A stretch of DNA of 64,000 nucleotides. It comes from Clostridiales bacterium. Its GTDB lineage: Bacteria; Bacillota; Clostridia; Christensenellales; CAG-138. Positions within the stretch are counted from its first letter, which is position 1. Every line of letters starts with the position of its first letter. The position numbers and the translations under genes were made by a program. The notes under the pieces are model-generated. The model did not search any database, was not told where the DNA came from, and saw only the letters and a list, made by a program, of their open reading frames with translations. The DNA is taken from the NCBI GenBank assembly GCA_015056105.1, contig SVGX01000003.1, positions 128 through 64,127 of the forward strand, in the 5' to 3' direction. Below are positions 9,627 through 19,121 of the stretch, piece by piece.

Positions 9627-10784
9627 ATGAAGATTGCACTCCTTGGTTTCGGTACGGTAGGTAAAGGCACCTACGAGCTTTCCCTTCTTCGCTCGGAGCA
9701 TGGCATCGAAGTGACCCGTGTTTTCGTGCGGCGGGACCACAAGCGCGTACTCGATCTCCAGACTTATGATATCAACGACATCATCTCCGATCCTTCCATC
9801 GATACCGTGGTGGAAGTGATGGGAGGTGACGAACCCGCCTTTTCCTATGTTAAGGCCGCTCTTCGCGCAAAGAAGAACGTTGTTACCGCCAACAAGCTCA
9901 TGCTCTCCCTTCATTACGAAGAGCTGATCTCCCTTGCCCGCGAAAACGGCGTGCATATCGCCTTCAGCGCGGCCGTGGGCGGCGGCATCCCCTTCCTTGC
10001 AAGCCTTCTTCGCGTGGGCCGGGTGGATACCGTGGACAGCCTCGGCGGCATCATGAACGGCACCACCAACTATATCCTCACCGCCATGCAGCAGGAAGGT
10101 GCCGATTTTGTGGAGACACTCAAAAAGGCACAGCAGATGGGCTATGCGGAAGCCGATCCCACCGCCGATATCGATGGCCTCGATGTGCGCGCAAAGCTGG
10201 CGCTGAGCGTGGATGTGGCCTTCGGCAAAATGGCCGATCCCGCCGCCGTTCCCGCCCTCGGCATCCGCCATATCAGCGCGGAGGATGTGGCCATCTTCAA
10301 ACAGCTTGGCCTGATCTGCCGCCTGATCGGCAAGGCGGAGCGCACCGTGAAGGGCGCTGCCGCCTATGTGGAACCCGCCCTGTTCGGGCAGGATGTGCCG
10401 GAAGCCGGCGTCAACGGCACGGGCAATGTGATCTCCTACCGCTGCCGCAGGCTCGGTATGCAGAACTTCTTCGGCCTTGGCGCGGGCATGAATCCCACCG
10501 CCTCCGCCGTGATGCATGACCTGATCGATATCTCCCTTGGCTTCTCCGCCTTCGACCTTGCCGCCTGCAAGGGCAGCTTCGTGCCCGATGCGGCGGAATC
10601 CGTGCACGGCTATTACCTTCGTACCGATGCGCCCGTCCCCGCCGGGTTTGTTTCCCGTACGCTGGGCGAAACCGCGGAAGGCACCGCATACATCACCACC
10701 ACCCTTTCCGTGGAAGCGATGCACGCATTCGTGAACGAAACGCTTGCAAAGGGCGGCAAAGCCTTCGCGGCGGCGCTTGCATAA
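9627..10784 (+). CDS. hom: homoserine dehydrogenase
   Basis: MKIALLGFGTVGKG NAD-binding N-terminus, GIMNGTTNYIL, and AQQMGYAEADPTADIDGLDVRAKLA, the catalytic-domain signature. Confidence 0.88.
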   Translation: MKIALLGFGTVGKGTYELSLLRSEHGIEVTRVFVRRDHKRVLDLQTYDINDIISDPSIDTVVEVMGGDEPAFSYVKAALRAKKNVVTANKLMLSLHYEELISLARENGVHIAFSAAVGGGIPFLASLLRVGRVDTVDSLGGIMNGTTNYILTAMQQEGADFVETLKKAQQMGYAEADPTADIDGLDVRAKLALSVDVAFGKMADPAAVPALGIRHISAEDVAIFKQLGLICRLIGKAERTVKGAAAYVEPALFGQDVPEAGVNGTGNVISYRCRRLGMQNFFGLGAGMNPTASAVMHDLIDISLGFSAFDLAACKGSFVPDAAESVHGYYLRTDAPVPAGFVSRTLGETAEGTAYITTTLSVEAMHAFVNETLAKGGKAFAAALA

Positions 10785-10801
10785 AAAACGGACCGCACAC
10801 A

Positions 10802-10833
10802 AATCCCCCGGGCAATCCGCCAGGGGGATTTTC
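10802..10833 (+). terminator. terminator-like hairpin after hom
   Basis: aatccccc / gggggatt 8-bp stem followed by TTTT. Confidence 0.5.
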
Positions 10834-10949
10834 ATATGCTCCTGCCGCTGCAGGGTTTGACAATGCGTATCGCATGCCCGTATAATAAATCTGTATGGTT
10901 TTCATTTCTTTGGTTGTAATCTCATATATCAAAAAGGAGAGCGATCGGT

Positions 10950-11789
10950 ATGTTTGAATTCTACAAAAAAGGCGTAAAGAAAGTTTTGAGCATCGGTGCA
11001 CACCCCGACGATGCGGATACGAGCGCCGGCGGCCTTGTGATGAAGCTGATTGAGGCGGGCTGGGATGCGCGTTTCGTTTCCGTTACCAACGGCTGCAGCG
11101 GCACATACCATGCGGATGTTCCCCCGGAAGAGCTCACCCTGCAGCGCCGGGCGGAAGCAGCGGCAAGCGCCCGGCTTTTCGGCGAAGGGATCCGCTATGA
11201 TCTTCTTCACCACACCGACGGCAGGCTGATGCCCACCCTTGAGGCCCGCGAGCACCTGATGCGCTATATCCGCCGCTATTCTCCGGATCTCATCATCACC
11301 AACCGCCCCAACGATTACCACGCGGATCACCGCAATACCTCCATCCTTGTGCAGGATTGTTCCTATCTTCTTACCGTGCCGAAGCTCTGTGAGGATACCC
11401 CGGCCATGGAGCATATGCCCGTCATCATCTACTGGAGCGACGGTTTCCACAATCCTCCCTTCCGCACGGATTACATCGTTCCCGTCACCGAGGAAAAGGT
11501 GAACCTGCTTGCGGAGCATGCTGCCTGCCACGAGTGCCAGTATTTTGACTGGATGCTCTGGCCCGATAACCTTGACAGGAAGAAGCTGCCCAAGGAGCAG
11601 CTGGTGGAAGACCTGAAGGCCCGTTTCCGCCGTTCCATGTCCCGCCAGGCCGATGAAAAGCGCGAAGCGCTTATCGCAAAGCACGGCGAGGCCGGCAAAG
11701 CCGTCAAGTATATCGAGCAGTATGAGCTTTGCGAGTTCGGCGCTGATATGACGGATGAGATCCTTGCGATCATCGAAAAGCCCGAATAA
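10950..11789 (+). CDS. PIG-L/LmbE family N-acetylglucosaminyl deacetylase
   Basis: VLSIGAHPDDADTSAGG (AHPDD motif) and HADHRNT zinc-ligand motif. Good RBS. Confidence 0.8.
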   Translation: MFEFYKKGVKKVLSIGAHPDDADTSAGGLVMKLIEAGWDARFVSVTNGCSGTYHADVPPEELTLQRRAEAAASARLFGEGIRYDLLHHTDGRLMPTLEAREHLMRYIRRYSPDLIITNRPNDYHADHRNTSILVQDCSYLLTVPKLCEDTPAMEHMPVIIYWSDGFHNPPFRTDYIVPVTEEKVNLLAEHAACHECQYFDWMLWPDNLDRKKLPKEQLVEDLKARFRRSMSRQADEKREALIAKHGEAGKAVKYIEQYELCEFGADMTDEILAIIEKPE

Positions 11790-11815
11790 AAATATAAAAG
11801 GAAGAGCGAACCGAT

Positions 11816-12538
11816 ATGAAGCTTACCCGAAAAGAAAACTACGAAGCCCTTTCCGCTGCGGCGGCAAAGGTGATTATCGATACCGTGAAGGCGAAGCCGG
11901 ACGCCGTTCTTGGCCTTGCCACCGGCTCGACACCCATCGGCACCTACAAATGCCTTGTGGCGGCTGCAAAGGCAGGCGAGGTGGATTTTTCCCGCGTGAA
12001 GACGGTAAACCTTGACGAATACCTCGGCCTTACCGGCGACCATCCCCAGAGCTACCGCTATTTCATGGAAACGAACCTGTTCCGCGAGGCCGGTTTTACG
12101 GCGGAAAACACCAACCTGCCCAACGGTGCCGCCGCGGATGCGGATGCGGAATGCAGGCGCTATGATGCCCTTGTGGAAGCGCTTGGCGGGATCGACCTGC
12201 AGCTTCTCGGCATCGGCAACAATGGCCACATCGGCTTCAATGAGCCGGATGATGTGTTTACCGTGAACACCCACACCGTGGACCTTGCTCCCGGCACCAT
12301 TGCCGCCAACGCACGCCTCTTTGCGGGCGGTGAAGCGGAAGTGCCGCGCCGCGCCGTCACCATCGGCATGGGTGCCATCATGAAGGCGAAAAAGGTGCTG
12401 CTCATCGCTTCCGGTGAAGGCAAGAAGGATGCCGTCCGCGGCATGCTTTACGGCCCTGTTACCCCGAAGATGCCTGCAAGCGTCCTGCAGCTGCACGGCG
12501 ATGCGGAAGCCATCGTGGATTTCGATACGGAAGCGTAA
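11816..12538 (+). CDS. nagB: glucosamine-6-phosphate deaminase
   Basis: LGLATGSTP...VNLDEY...LLGIGNNGHIGFNEP are canonical NagB motifs. Confidence 0.9.
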   Translation: MKLTRKENYEALSAAAAKVIIDTVKAKPDAVLGLATGSTPIGTYKCLVAAAKAGEVDFSRVKTVNLDEYLGLTGDHPQSYRYFMETNLFREAGFTAENTNLPNGAAADADAECRRYDALVEALGGIDLQLLGIGNNGHIGFNEPDDVFTVNTHTVDLAPGTIAANARLFAGGEAEVPRRAVTIGMGAIMKAKKVLLIASGEGKKDAVRGMLYGPVTPKMPASVLQLHGDAEAIVDFDTEA

Positions 12539-12549
12539 GGGGCGACACC

Positions 12550-13119
12550 ATGCGAAGGAAGCTGAAACTCACAGAGGGCATTTTTCCCATGCCCGTGCTG
12601 CTGGTGGCGACTTATAATGCCGACGGCACCGTGAATGTGATGAATGCCGCCTGGGGCATGATGCAGGAAAGCGGCTATGTGGCGCTGAACCTGACGGAGA
12701 CCCACAAGACCGTCGGGAACATCAAAGCCCGCGGCGGCTTTACCGTCAGCATTGCCGATGCGGCCCATGTGGCGGAAGCGGATTATTTCGGCATCGTTTC
12801 CGGCAAAACGGTGGCGAACAAGCTGGAAAGCGCCGGCCTTACCACAAGCAAAGCGGAAACGGTGGATGCGCCTGTGATCAACGAATTCCCGCTTTGCCTT
12901 GAGTGCGAATTTGTGGAATACCAAAGCAACGCTTTCGGCTGCGGCGTCATCGGCAAAGTGCTTTCCGTCACGGCGGATGAAAGCGTGATGGATGGCGACA
13001 AGGTGGATATTTCCCGGGTAAACGCCATTGCCTTCGATCCCTATACCCACGGCTATTACCGCGTGGGCGAGCGGGTGGGCGAAGCCTTCCGGGATGGGCG
13101 CAGGCTCATAACAAAATAA
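12550..13119 (+). CDS. flavin reductase-like (FMN-binding split barrel) protein
   Basis: The PMPVLLVATYNADGTVNVMNAAWG pattern is typical of the flavin reductase domain family. Confidence 0.7.
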   Translation: MRRKLKLTEGIFPMPVLLVATYNADGTVNVMNAAWGMMQESGYVALNLTETHKTVGNIKARGGFTVSIADAAHVAEADYFGIVSGKTVANKLESAGLTTSKAETVDAPVINEFPLCLECEFVEYQSNAFGCGVIGKVLSVTADESVMDGDKVDISRVNAIAFDPYTHGYYRVGERVGEAFRDGRRLITK

Positions 13120-13143
13120 AGCGCAGCAGGTTTTGCGTCAGAG

Positions 13144-13178
13144 AAAAGCCGTGTCCCTCAAGCGGCTTTTCTTTTTTG
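13144..13178 (+). terminator. rho-independent terminator
   Basis: aaaagccg / cggctttt stem followed by cTTTTTT. Confidence 0.65.
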
Positions 13179-13347
13179 TATTGCGGCTGCGCCCAACCTT
13201 CTTTTCCATTGCCTTTGCCGCGGCTCTGTGCGATAATAAAATGTAAGCCCAATCGCTGTTCACGGTTTGTTTGCTTTTCTTTTGTCCGGTTTTGCGGTAT
13301 ACTGCCGCTTGTTTTCCGATATGTTTCCATGAAGGAGGTTTTTCGTT

Positions 13348-13938
13348 ATGGCAGCTTTTTTTGAAGTGTTTTCCGATTTTCTCGCCAACTGCGGTCCCTG
13401 GGTGTATGTGATCATCTTCGCCGGCAAGATCGTGGAGGTATCTCTCGGCACGCTGCGCCTTGTGCTGATCAACAGGGGCGAGCGTGTGGTGGGCAGCGTC
13501 ATTGCGCTCATTGAGATCCTTCTTTGGCTCATCATCGCCGGCAATGTGCTTTCCGATTACCAGTCCGATCCCTTCAAGATGCTTTCCTATGCCTTTGCCT
13601 ATGCCCTCGGCAACTACCTCGGCAGCTGGCTGGAAGAGCGCCTTGCCTTCGGTCTGAGCAGCGTGCAGATCGTGGTGGTGGATAAGGAGACCAACGACCT
13701 GATCAGCGAAGCGCTTCGCAAAAACGGCTTCGGTGTTACGGAGCTTACTGCCCAGGGCAGGGATGATGAGACCCGCTATATGCTGCTTTCCACCCTGCGC
13801 CGCAAGCTTGCGGATGAAGCCATCGCCCATGTGCAGAAAATCGCCCCGAAGGCGATGATCACCGTCAGCGATGTAAAGAGCCAGCGCAGCGGCTATCTTC
13901 GCACAGCGCCTTCCCGGAAAAAGCGCAAAGGGCTTTGA
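13348..13938 (+). CDS. UPF0316/DUF2179 family membrane protein
   Basis: Three N-terminal TM helices (IIFAGKIVEVSLGTLRLVLINRGER) and a C-terminal soluble DUF2179-like domain. Confidence 0.65.
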   Translation: MAAFFEVFSDFLANCGPWVYVIIFAGKIVEVSLGTLRLVLINRGERVVGSVIALIEILLWLIIAGNVLSDYQSDPFKMLSYAFAYALGNYLGSWLEERLAFGLSSVQIVVVDKETNDLISEALRKNGFGVTELTAQGRDDETRYMLLSTLRRKLADEAIAHVQKIAPKAMITVSDVKSQRSGYLRTAPSRKKRKGL

Positions 13939-13962
13939 TGAAAACCGCATAAAAGAAAAACG

Positions 13963-14000
13963 GATCCGCCCTGTGTGCAAAAGCGCAGGGCGGATCTTTT
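13963..14000 (+). terminator. rho-independent terminator
   Basis: 11-bp stem gatccgccctg / cagggcggatc followed by TTTT. Confidence 0.75.
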
Positions 14001-14130
14001 GTGGGGCGGGTGCTGTCATGCTTTCCCCATGAGGGGAAGCCTTGGGGGGAAGCGTTTTCTCCCTTTAAAGGCCACGCTGCAATTCGCTGACAATCTGCCG
14101 GCTGCCATTTTGCTGTGCTCCACGGGCGGC

Positions 14131-14162
14131 AAAAAAAGCCGCTCCCGAAGGAGCGGCTTTTT
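14131..14162 (-). terminator. terminator after the nhaC-like gene (hairpin flanked by A- and T-runs, potentially bidirectional)
   Basis: agccgctcc-cgaa-ggagcggct stem-loop flanked by AAAAAAA and TTTTT. Confidence 0.8.
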
Positions 14163-14178
14163 GATGGCGCTAAGGTTT

Positions 14179-15804
14179 TTATGCCTTCTTGGAAGCGGCC
14201 TTCTTGTCGGTCAGGAACTTGATCAGGAAGATCACGCCGACCATGACAGCGATGGCGATCGGGAGAACGATGACGCTCTGCACGAAACCGGCCACGATGT
14301 ACATGACGAAGGATACGCCCGCAACGAGGAGCGCGTAGGGCAGCTGGGTGGAAACGTGGTTGATGTGGTTGCACTTGCCGCCCGCAGATGCCATGATGGT
14401 GGTATCGGAGATGGGGGAGCAGTGGTCACCGCAAACAGCACCGGCCATGCAGGCGGAGATGGCGATGATCATGATGGTAGAACCGTCCGCACCGAATACG
14501 CTTACCACAATGGGGATCAGGATGCCGAAGGTGCCCCAGGAGGTACCGGTGGCGAATGCAAGGCCGCAGGCCACGATGAAGACGATGGCGGGCAGGAAGT
14601 TCATGAAGCCGGCAGCACCGGATTCAACGAGAGCCGCAACATAGTCCGCAGCGCCAAGGCTGTCGGTCATGGCCTTCAGGGTCCATGCGAAGGTGAGGAT
14701 CAGGATGGCGGGGACCATGGCCTTGAAGCCTTCGGGGATGCAGTCCATCGCGTCCTTGAAGTTGATGACGCGGCGGCAGAGCAGGTAAACGATGGTGAAC
14801 AGAAGACCGATGGAGGAGCCGAACACGAGGCCCACGGAAGCATCGGAGCCGGAGAACGCTTCGACGAAGCTGGCACCGCTGAAGAAGCCGCCGGTGTAGA
14901 TCATGCCGACAACGCAGGCAGCGATGAGGACAACGATGGGGAGAACGAGGTCAAGAACCTTCGCATTGGTCTCAACTTCTTCCACGTTGCTCTCGGAGTA
15001 GGGACGGTCGGGAGTGGTGTAAAGGTCGCCCTTTTCAATGGCGTTCTTTTCATGGGTAGCCATGGGGCCGAAGTCCACCTTCAGAAGAACGATGGTGATC
15101 ATCATGGCGATGGTCAGCAGGGCGTAGAAGTTATAGGGGATGGCGTCGATGAAGAGGGAGAGGCCATCGTAACCATCGACAAAGCCGGTAACGGCAGCGG
15201 CCCAGGAGCTGATGGGCGCGATGATGCAGACAGGGGCTGCAGTGGCGTCGATCAGGTAGGAGAGCTTCGCACGGGAAATGTTGTGCTTATCGGTCACGGG
15301 CTGCATAACGGAACCGACGGTGAGGCAGTTGAAGTAGTCATCGATGAAGATGAGGCAGCCGAGGGCGATGGTGGCAAGCTGTGCGCCGGTACGGGTCTTG
15401 ATGTTCTTCGAAGACCACTTACCGAATGCAGCGGCGCCGCCCGCCTTGTTCATCAGGGCAACAACAGCGCCCAGCATGACGAGGAAAATCAGGATGCCGA
15501 CGTTCCAGCCGTCGGAAAGCTGTGCGATCATGCCATCCACGAACAGGTGGTTCATGATGCCTTCAAAATTGAAGTTGGCATAGAAGCATGCACCGACAAA
15601 GATACCGGCAAAGAGAGAAGAGTAAACTTCCTTGGTGATGAGCGCAAGGCCGATAGCGACGATCGGCGGCACCAGCGCCCAGAAGCTGTTGGCAAAGGGG
15701 CTTACGACTTCTTCACCCTCTGCAAAGACGGTGGCGGCGATCAGAACGGTAGCGATAAGCAGCACCGCAAGGATCGCTCTCCTTTTCTTGGAGATGTTTT
15801 TCAT
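14179..15804 (-). CDS. Na+/H+ antiporter NhaC family
   Basis: About 12 TM helices. The FIDDYFNCLTVG and SPISDTTI motifs are typical of NhaC-type carriers. Start at MKNISKK (15804) has a GAGGAGG RBS. Confidence 0.8.
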   Translation of the reverse strand: MKNISKKRRAILAVLLIATVLIAATVFAEGEEVVSPFANSFWALVPPIVAIGLALITKEVYSSLFAGIFVGACFYANFNFEGIMNHLFVDGMIAQLSDGWNVGILIFLVMLGAVVALMNKAGGAAAFGKWSSKNIKTRTGAQLATIALGCLIFIDDYFNCLTVGSVMQPVTDKHNISRAKLSYLIDATAAPVCIIAPISSWAAAVTGFVDGYDGLSLFIDAIPYNFYALLTIAMMITIVLLKVDFGPMATHEKNAIEKGDLYTTPDRPYSESNVEEVETNAKVLDLVLPIVVLIAACVVGMIYTGGFFSGASFVEAFSGSDASVGLVFGSSIGLLFTIVYLLCRRVINFKDAMDCIPEGFKAMVPAILILTFAWTLKAMTDSLGAADYVAALVESGAAGFMNFLPAIVFIVACGLAFATGTSWGTFGILIPIVVSVFGADGSTIMIIAISACMAGAVCGDHCSPISDTTIMASAGGKCNHINHVSTQLPYALLVAGVSFVMYIVAGFVQSVIVLPIAIAVMVGVIFLIKFLTDKKAASKKA

Positions 15805-16090
15805 GGGGAGCCTCCTCAATAAAGATTGATATTGGCAGCCGGTAAAAAGATGATAGCAAAAGCCGGATGCCGAATTTCCGCCCGTAAAAGCGGAAAATGT
15901 GATTCATTTTATTGTGTGTTTGCGCTGTTTATTTCGATTTCGCGAAGATAATAAATAAGAAAAACAAAGTTTGTGAATCAGTACAACAATGTTATCAAAT
16001 TGTGAGCGGAATGTAAACAGGGAAAATTCGAAAACCCGTAAGGCAGGATGAAAAATTTTCGGGAAAAAGCCGGAAAACGCCCTGTTTTCC

Positions 16091-16121
16091 TGAAAAAACC
16101 GCAGCGGATGGAACGCTGCGG
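16091..16121 (-). terminator. rho-independent terminator after the binding-protein gene
   Basis: ccgcagcg / cgctgcgg 8-bp stem. The plus-strand A-run at 16093-16098 is a T-run on the minus strand. Confidence 0.7.
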
Positions 16122-16174
16122 CGAAAAAATATATTATTTGAGTTTCACGGTGCGTAAAATTGCGGCGAACGGTA

Positions 16175-17128
16175 TTACCCTTTGAGCCCGTGCTGCGCAT
16201 ACAGCCTTGAAAGGGTGCCGTTTTGACGAAGCTCCTCAAGCAGCACATCCATGAGCGATGTCAGGGCGGGGGTGGCGCTTGATGCGGCAGCGGCATAGGA
16301 GATATTGCCGAGGGTCACGGCGCTGCGGTCGAACTCCCCTTCGCCGTCCAGCTTGTTCAGCGTAAGGTCATTGAGCACGATGGCGTCCACCTCTCCATCC
16401 CGCAGGGCATCGAAGAGCTCATCGTAGGAGGCGTAGGACAAGTCAATGGTATCCTCGTTGTATTTGTAGGTGGTGATAAGCCCATCCTCCGGGTGGGTTT
16501 CGAGATAGCTGTCGAGCATCGTTTCGTAAACACCCGTGGGCACATACAGGCCGGATGTGGAGGCGGACTGCAGGAAGCCGACCTTGATGTTCTTCACCGC
16601 CCTTTGCCCTTCGCCCTTTCGGAATACGAAGCGGCAGGGGTCTTCATAATAGGAAGAAGAATAGGCAAAACCGGTGCTGCCGCCCTTTGGCATCATGCAA
16701 AAAAGCATATCCACAGTGCCGTCGGTGAGCTTTGCAGCGGCAGTCATGGGGGTAACGGGAATAAATTTTACCGCATCCTGTCGCCTGTCCCATTTTTCAT
16801 CGGCGCTGAGGATCCTCTCGCCGAGAAGCTCCGCAAGGGCATACTCAAGGCCATCGCCATCAAGGCTCATGCCAGGCATATCCGTGCGAACGCCCACCTT
16901 CAAAATGCCGTTATCGTGAACGGTGGCTACCTCTGCGCTCGAGAGCAGTGAGGGCTCTACCCTCAGGGCGTTCGCCAGCAGAATAAGCAGCACAAATACG
17001 CCTGCGCCGATCAAAACCTGCCGCGGGCGTTTGCCTTCCTCTCCCTTAAAGGTGATGAGCGGGCGGTGCTGCTTTTTGCCGTTTGTGACGGTGCGCCGCC
17101 CGTGTCTTGTAAAAAGCCGGAATTTCAT
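16175..17128 (-). CDS. membrane-anchored periplasmic-binding-protein family 3 (amino-acid binding type) domain protein
   Basis: 318 aa from MKFRLF. TM anchor VLIGAGVFVLLILLANAL, then an SBP_bac_3-like domain (ILKVGVRTDMPGMS...DMLFCMM...VDAIVLNDL). The track's upstream extension would overlap the alaS promoter and gene. Confidence 0.65.
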   Translation of the reverse strand: MKFRLFTRHGRRTVTNGKKQHRPLITFKGEEGKRPRQVLIGAGVFVLLILLANALRVEPSLLSSAEVATVHDNGILKVGVRTDMPGMSLDGDGLEYALAELLGERILSADEKWDRRQDAVKFIPVTPMTAAAKLTDGTVDMLFCMMPKGGSTGFAYSSSYYEDPCRFVFRKGEGQRAVKNIKVGFLQSASTSGLYVPTGVYETMLDSYLETHPEDGLITTYKYNEDTIDLSYASYDELFDALRDGEVDAIVLNDLTLNKLDGEGEFDRSAVTLGNISYAAAASSATPALTSLMDVLLEELRQNGTLSRLYAQHGLKG

Positions 17129-17134
17129 GCTTCG

Positions 17135-17163
17135 ATTATACCCCGCCCGGGGCGCGTTGACAA
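17135..17163 (-). promoter_or_regulatory. sigma-A type promoter placing the transcription start at or next to the ATG of the binding-protein gene (leaderless candidate)
   Basis: The minus strand reads TTGTCA (17163..17158), a 17-nt spacer, TATAAT (17140..17135), then only 6 nt (cgaagc) before the ATG at 17128. Confidence 0.5.
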
Positions 17164-17186
17164 GGCGGCAGGGGCTGGGATATAAT
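17157..17186 (+). promoter_or_regulatory. sigma-A type promoter for alaS
   Basis: TTGACA (17157-17162), 18-nt spacer, TATAAT (17181-17186). Its -35 overlaps the divergent promoter's -35. Confidence 0.6.
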
Positions 17187-17261
17187 AACTTGATATGTAA
17201 AATTTTATGGAAAGCCGGGCTTTTTTGCGCCGGGCTGCCGAAGATAAATGAGGTATATAAT

Positions 17262-19046
17262 ATGAAAAATCTCACTTCCAAGGAACTTCGCGATCTTTTC
17301 CTCGCCTTCTTCCGTGAGCGTGGCCATGCGGTCATTCCTTCCGCATCGCTGATCCCCGAAAATGATCCCACGGTGCTCTTCACCACTGCGGGCATGCATC
17401 CCCTTGTGCCCTACCTGATGGGCGAAAAGCATCCTGCCGGCACCCGCCTTGCGGATGTGCAGAAGTGCGTGCGCACCGGCGATATCGACGAGGTGGGCGA
17501 CAGCTCCCACTGCACCTTCTTCGAAATGCTGGGCAACTGGTCCCTGGGTGATTATTTCAAGCAGGAATCCATCGCCTGGAGCTGGGAATTCCTCACCGAT
17601 GAAAAATGGCTCGGCATCGATAAGGACAGGCTGTATTTCACCTGCTTCGAGGGCGATGACAACGCCCCCCGGGATACCGAATCCTACGACCGCTGGGTGG
17701 AAATGGGCGTGGATCCTTCCCACATCTTCTACCTTGGCGCTAAGAACAACTGGTGGATCCCCGGCAACGCCGGCCCCTGCGGCCCGGATACGGAGATCTT
17801 CTTCGATACCGGCAAGCCCAAGTGCTCCGAAGGCTGCAGCCCCGCCTGCGACTGCGGCAAATACCTTGAGATCTGGAACAACGTGTTCATGCAGTATCAC
17901 AAGACCGAGGGCGGCCCCGTGACCCCCCTTGCGCAGCGCAACGTGGATACCGGCATGGGCCTTGACCGCACCATCGCCACGCTGCAGGGCGTGGAGAGCG
18001 TCTACGATACCGACGCCTTCACCGGCATCATCGCCGCCATCGCACAGCTTTCCGGCAAAAACTACAAGGACAGCGCCGAGACCGTTCGCGCCTTCCGCAT
18101 CATTTCCGATCACGTCCGCTGCGCCACCTTTATCCTTGGCGATCCGCGCGGCGTGACCCCCTCCAACGTGGACCAGGGCTATATCCTTCGCCGCCTCATC
18201 CGCCGCGCCATCCGCTACGCCATGCAGCTTGGCATGCCGGAAGACAGCCTGAAGGCAGTCGCGGAAGCCGTCATCGCCCAGTACGGCGACTTCTATACGG
18301 AGCTCAACGCCAACAAGGATAAGATCATGACGGAGCTTTCCCGCGAGGAGCAGCGCTTCCAGAAGACCCTTAAGAACGGTATCCGCGAATTTGAGCGCAT
18401 CAAGGGCAGCTTTGCCGATGGCCGCATCGACGGCACCTCTGCTTTCCGCCTTTACGATACCTTCGGCTTCCCCATCGAGTTCACCGAGGAAATGGCTGCG
18501 GAAAACGGCCTCACAGTGGATGTGGAAGGCTTCAAGGCTGCCTTCCAGGAACACCAGAAGAAATCCCAGGCCGGCGCGGAGCAGCGCTTCAAGGGCGGCC
18601 TTGCCGACAGCGGCGAAGCCACCGCGAAGCTTCATACCGCCACCCACCTGCTGCAGGCATCCCTCCGCAAGGTGCTTGGCGACGGCGTTGCCCAGCGCGG
18701 CAGCAACATCACCCCGGAACGCCTGCGCTTCGACTTCAGCTTTGAGCGCAAGGTCGCGCCCGAAGAGCTCAAAGAGGTGGAACGCCTTGTCAATGAAGCC
18801 ATCGCCGCGGATGCGGAGATCACCTGCGTGGAGATGACCGTGGAGGAAGCCATGGCTTCCGGTGCCATCGGCCTTTTCGGCGACCGTTACGGCGAGCGTG
18901 TCAAGGTTTACACCATGGGCGAATTCTCCAAGGAGATCTGCGGCGGTCCCCATGCCGCCCGCACCGGCGAGCTCGGCACCTTCAAGATCAAGAAGGAAGA
19001 GGCTTCCTCTGCCGGCGTGCGCCGCATCAAGGCCGTGCTGCAGTAA
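17262..19046 (+). CDS. alaS: alanine--tRNA ligase, short form (594 aa; catalytic, tRNA-recognition and editing domains, no C-Ala domain)
   Basis: MKNLTSKELRDLFLAFFRERGHAVIPSASLIPENDPTVLFTTAGMHP..., FFEMLGNWSLGDYFK, and the editing-domain motifs HTATHLL and CGGPH. The ORF stops about 30 aa after CGGPH. Confidence 0.85.
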   Translation: MKNLTSKELRDLFLAFFRERGHAVIPSASLIPENDPTVLFTTAGMHPLVPYLMGEKHPAGTRLADVQKCVRTGDIDEVGDSSHCTFFEMLGNWSLGDYFKQESIAWSWEFLTDEKWLGIDKDRLYFTCFEGDDNAPRDTESYDRWVEMGVDPSHIFYLGAKNNWWIPGNAGPCGPDTEIFFDTGKPKCSEGCSPACDCGKYLEIWNNVFMQYHKTEGGPVTPLAQRNVDTGMGLDRTIATLQGVESVYDTDAFTGIIAAIAQLSGKNYKDSAETVRAFRIISDHVRCATFILGDPRGVTPSNVDQGYILRRLIRRAIRYAMQLGMPEDSLKAVAEAVIAQYGDFYTELNANKDKIMTELSREEQRFQKTLKNGIREFERIKGSFADGRIDGTSAFRLYDTFGFPIEFTEEMAAENGLTVDVEGFKAAFQEHQKKSQAGAEQRFKGGLADSGEATAKLHTATHLLQASLRKVLGDGVAQRGSNITPERLRFDFSFERKVAPEELKEVERLVNEAIAADAEITCVEMTVEEAMASGAIGLFGDRYGERVKVYTMGEFSKEICGGPHAARTGELGTFKIKKEEASSAGVRRIKAVLQ

Positions 19047-19067
19047 ACCCATAGTATAAAAGAAAGG

Positions 19068-19106
19068 AATGCGCATCCCTCTCTGCGTGAGGCGGTGCGC
19101 ATTTTA
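19068..19106 (+). terminator. terminator-like imperfect hairpin after alaS
   Basis: aatgcgca / tgcgcatt outer stem with an inner cctc/gagg pairing, then TTTT. Confidence 0.4.
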
Positions 19107-19121
19107 AAGAAAGGAGATGCA

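Noticed and set aside
16923-17261. Long N-terminal extension of alaS given by the ORF track (707 aa).
   Set aside because: The extension overlaps the oppositely oriented binding-protein gene and both promoters. Its sequence is low-complexity, and the conserved AlaRS N-terminus starts at MKNLTSKEL (17262).
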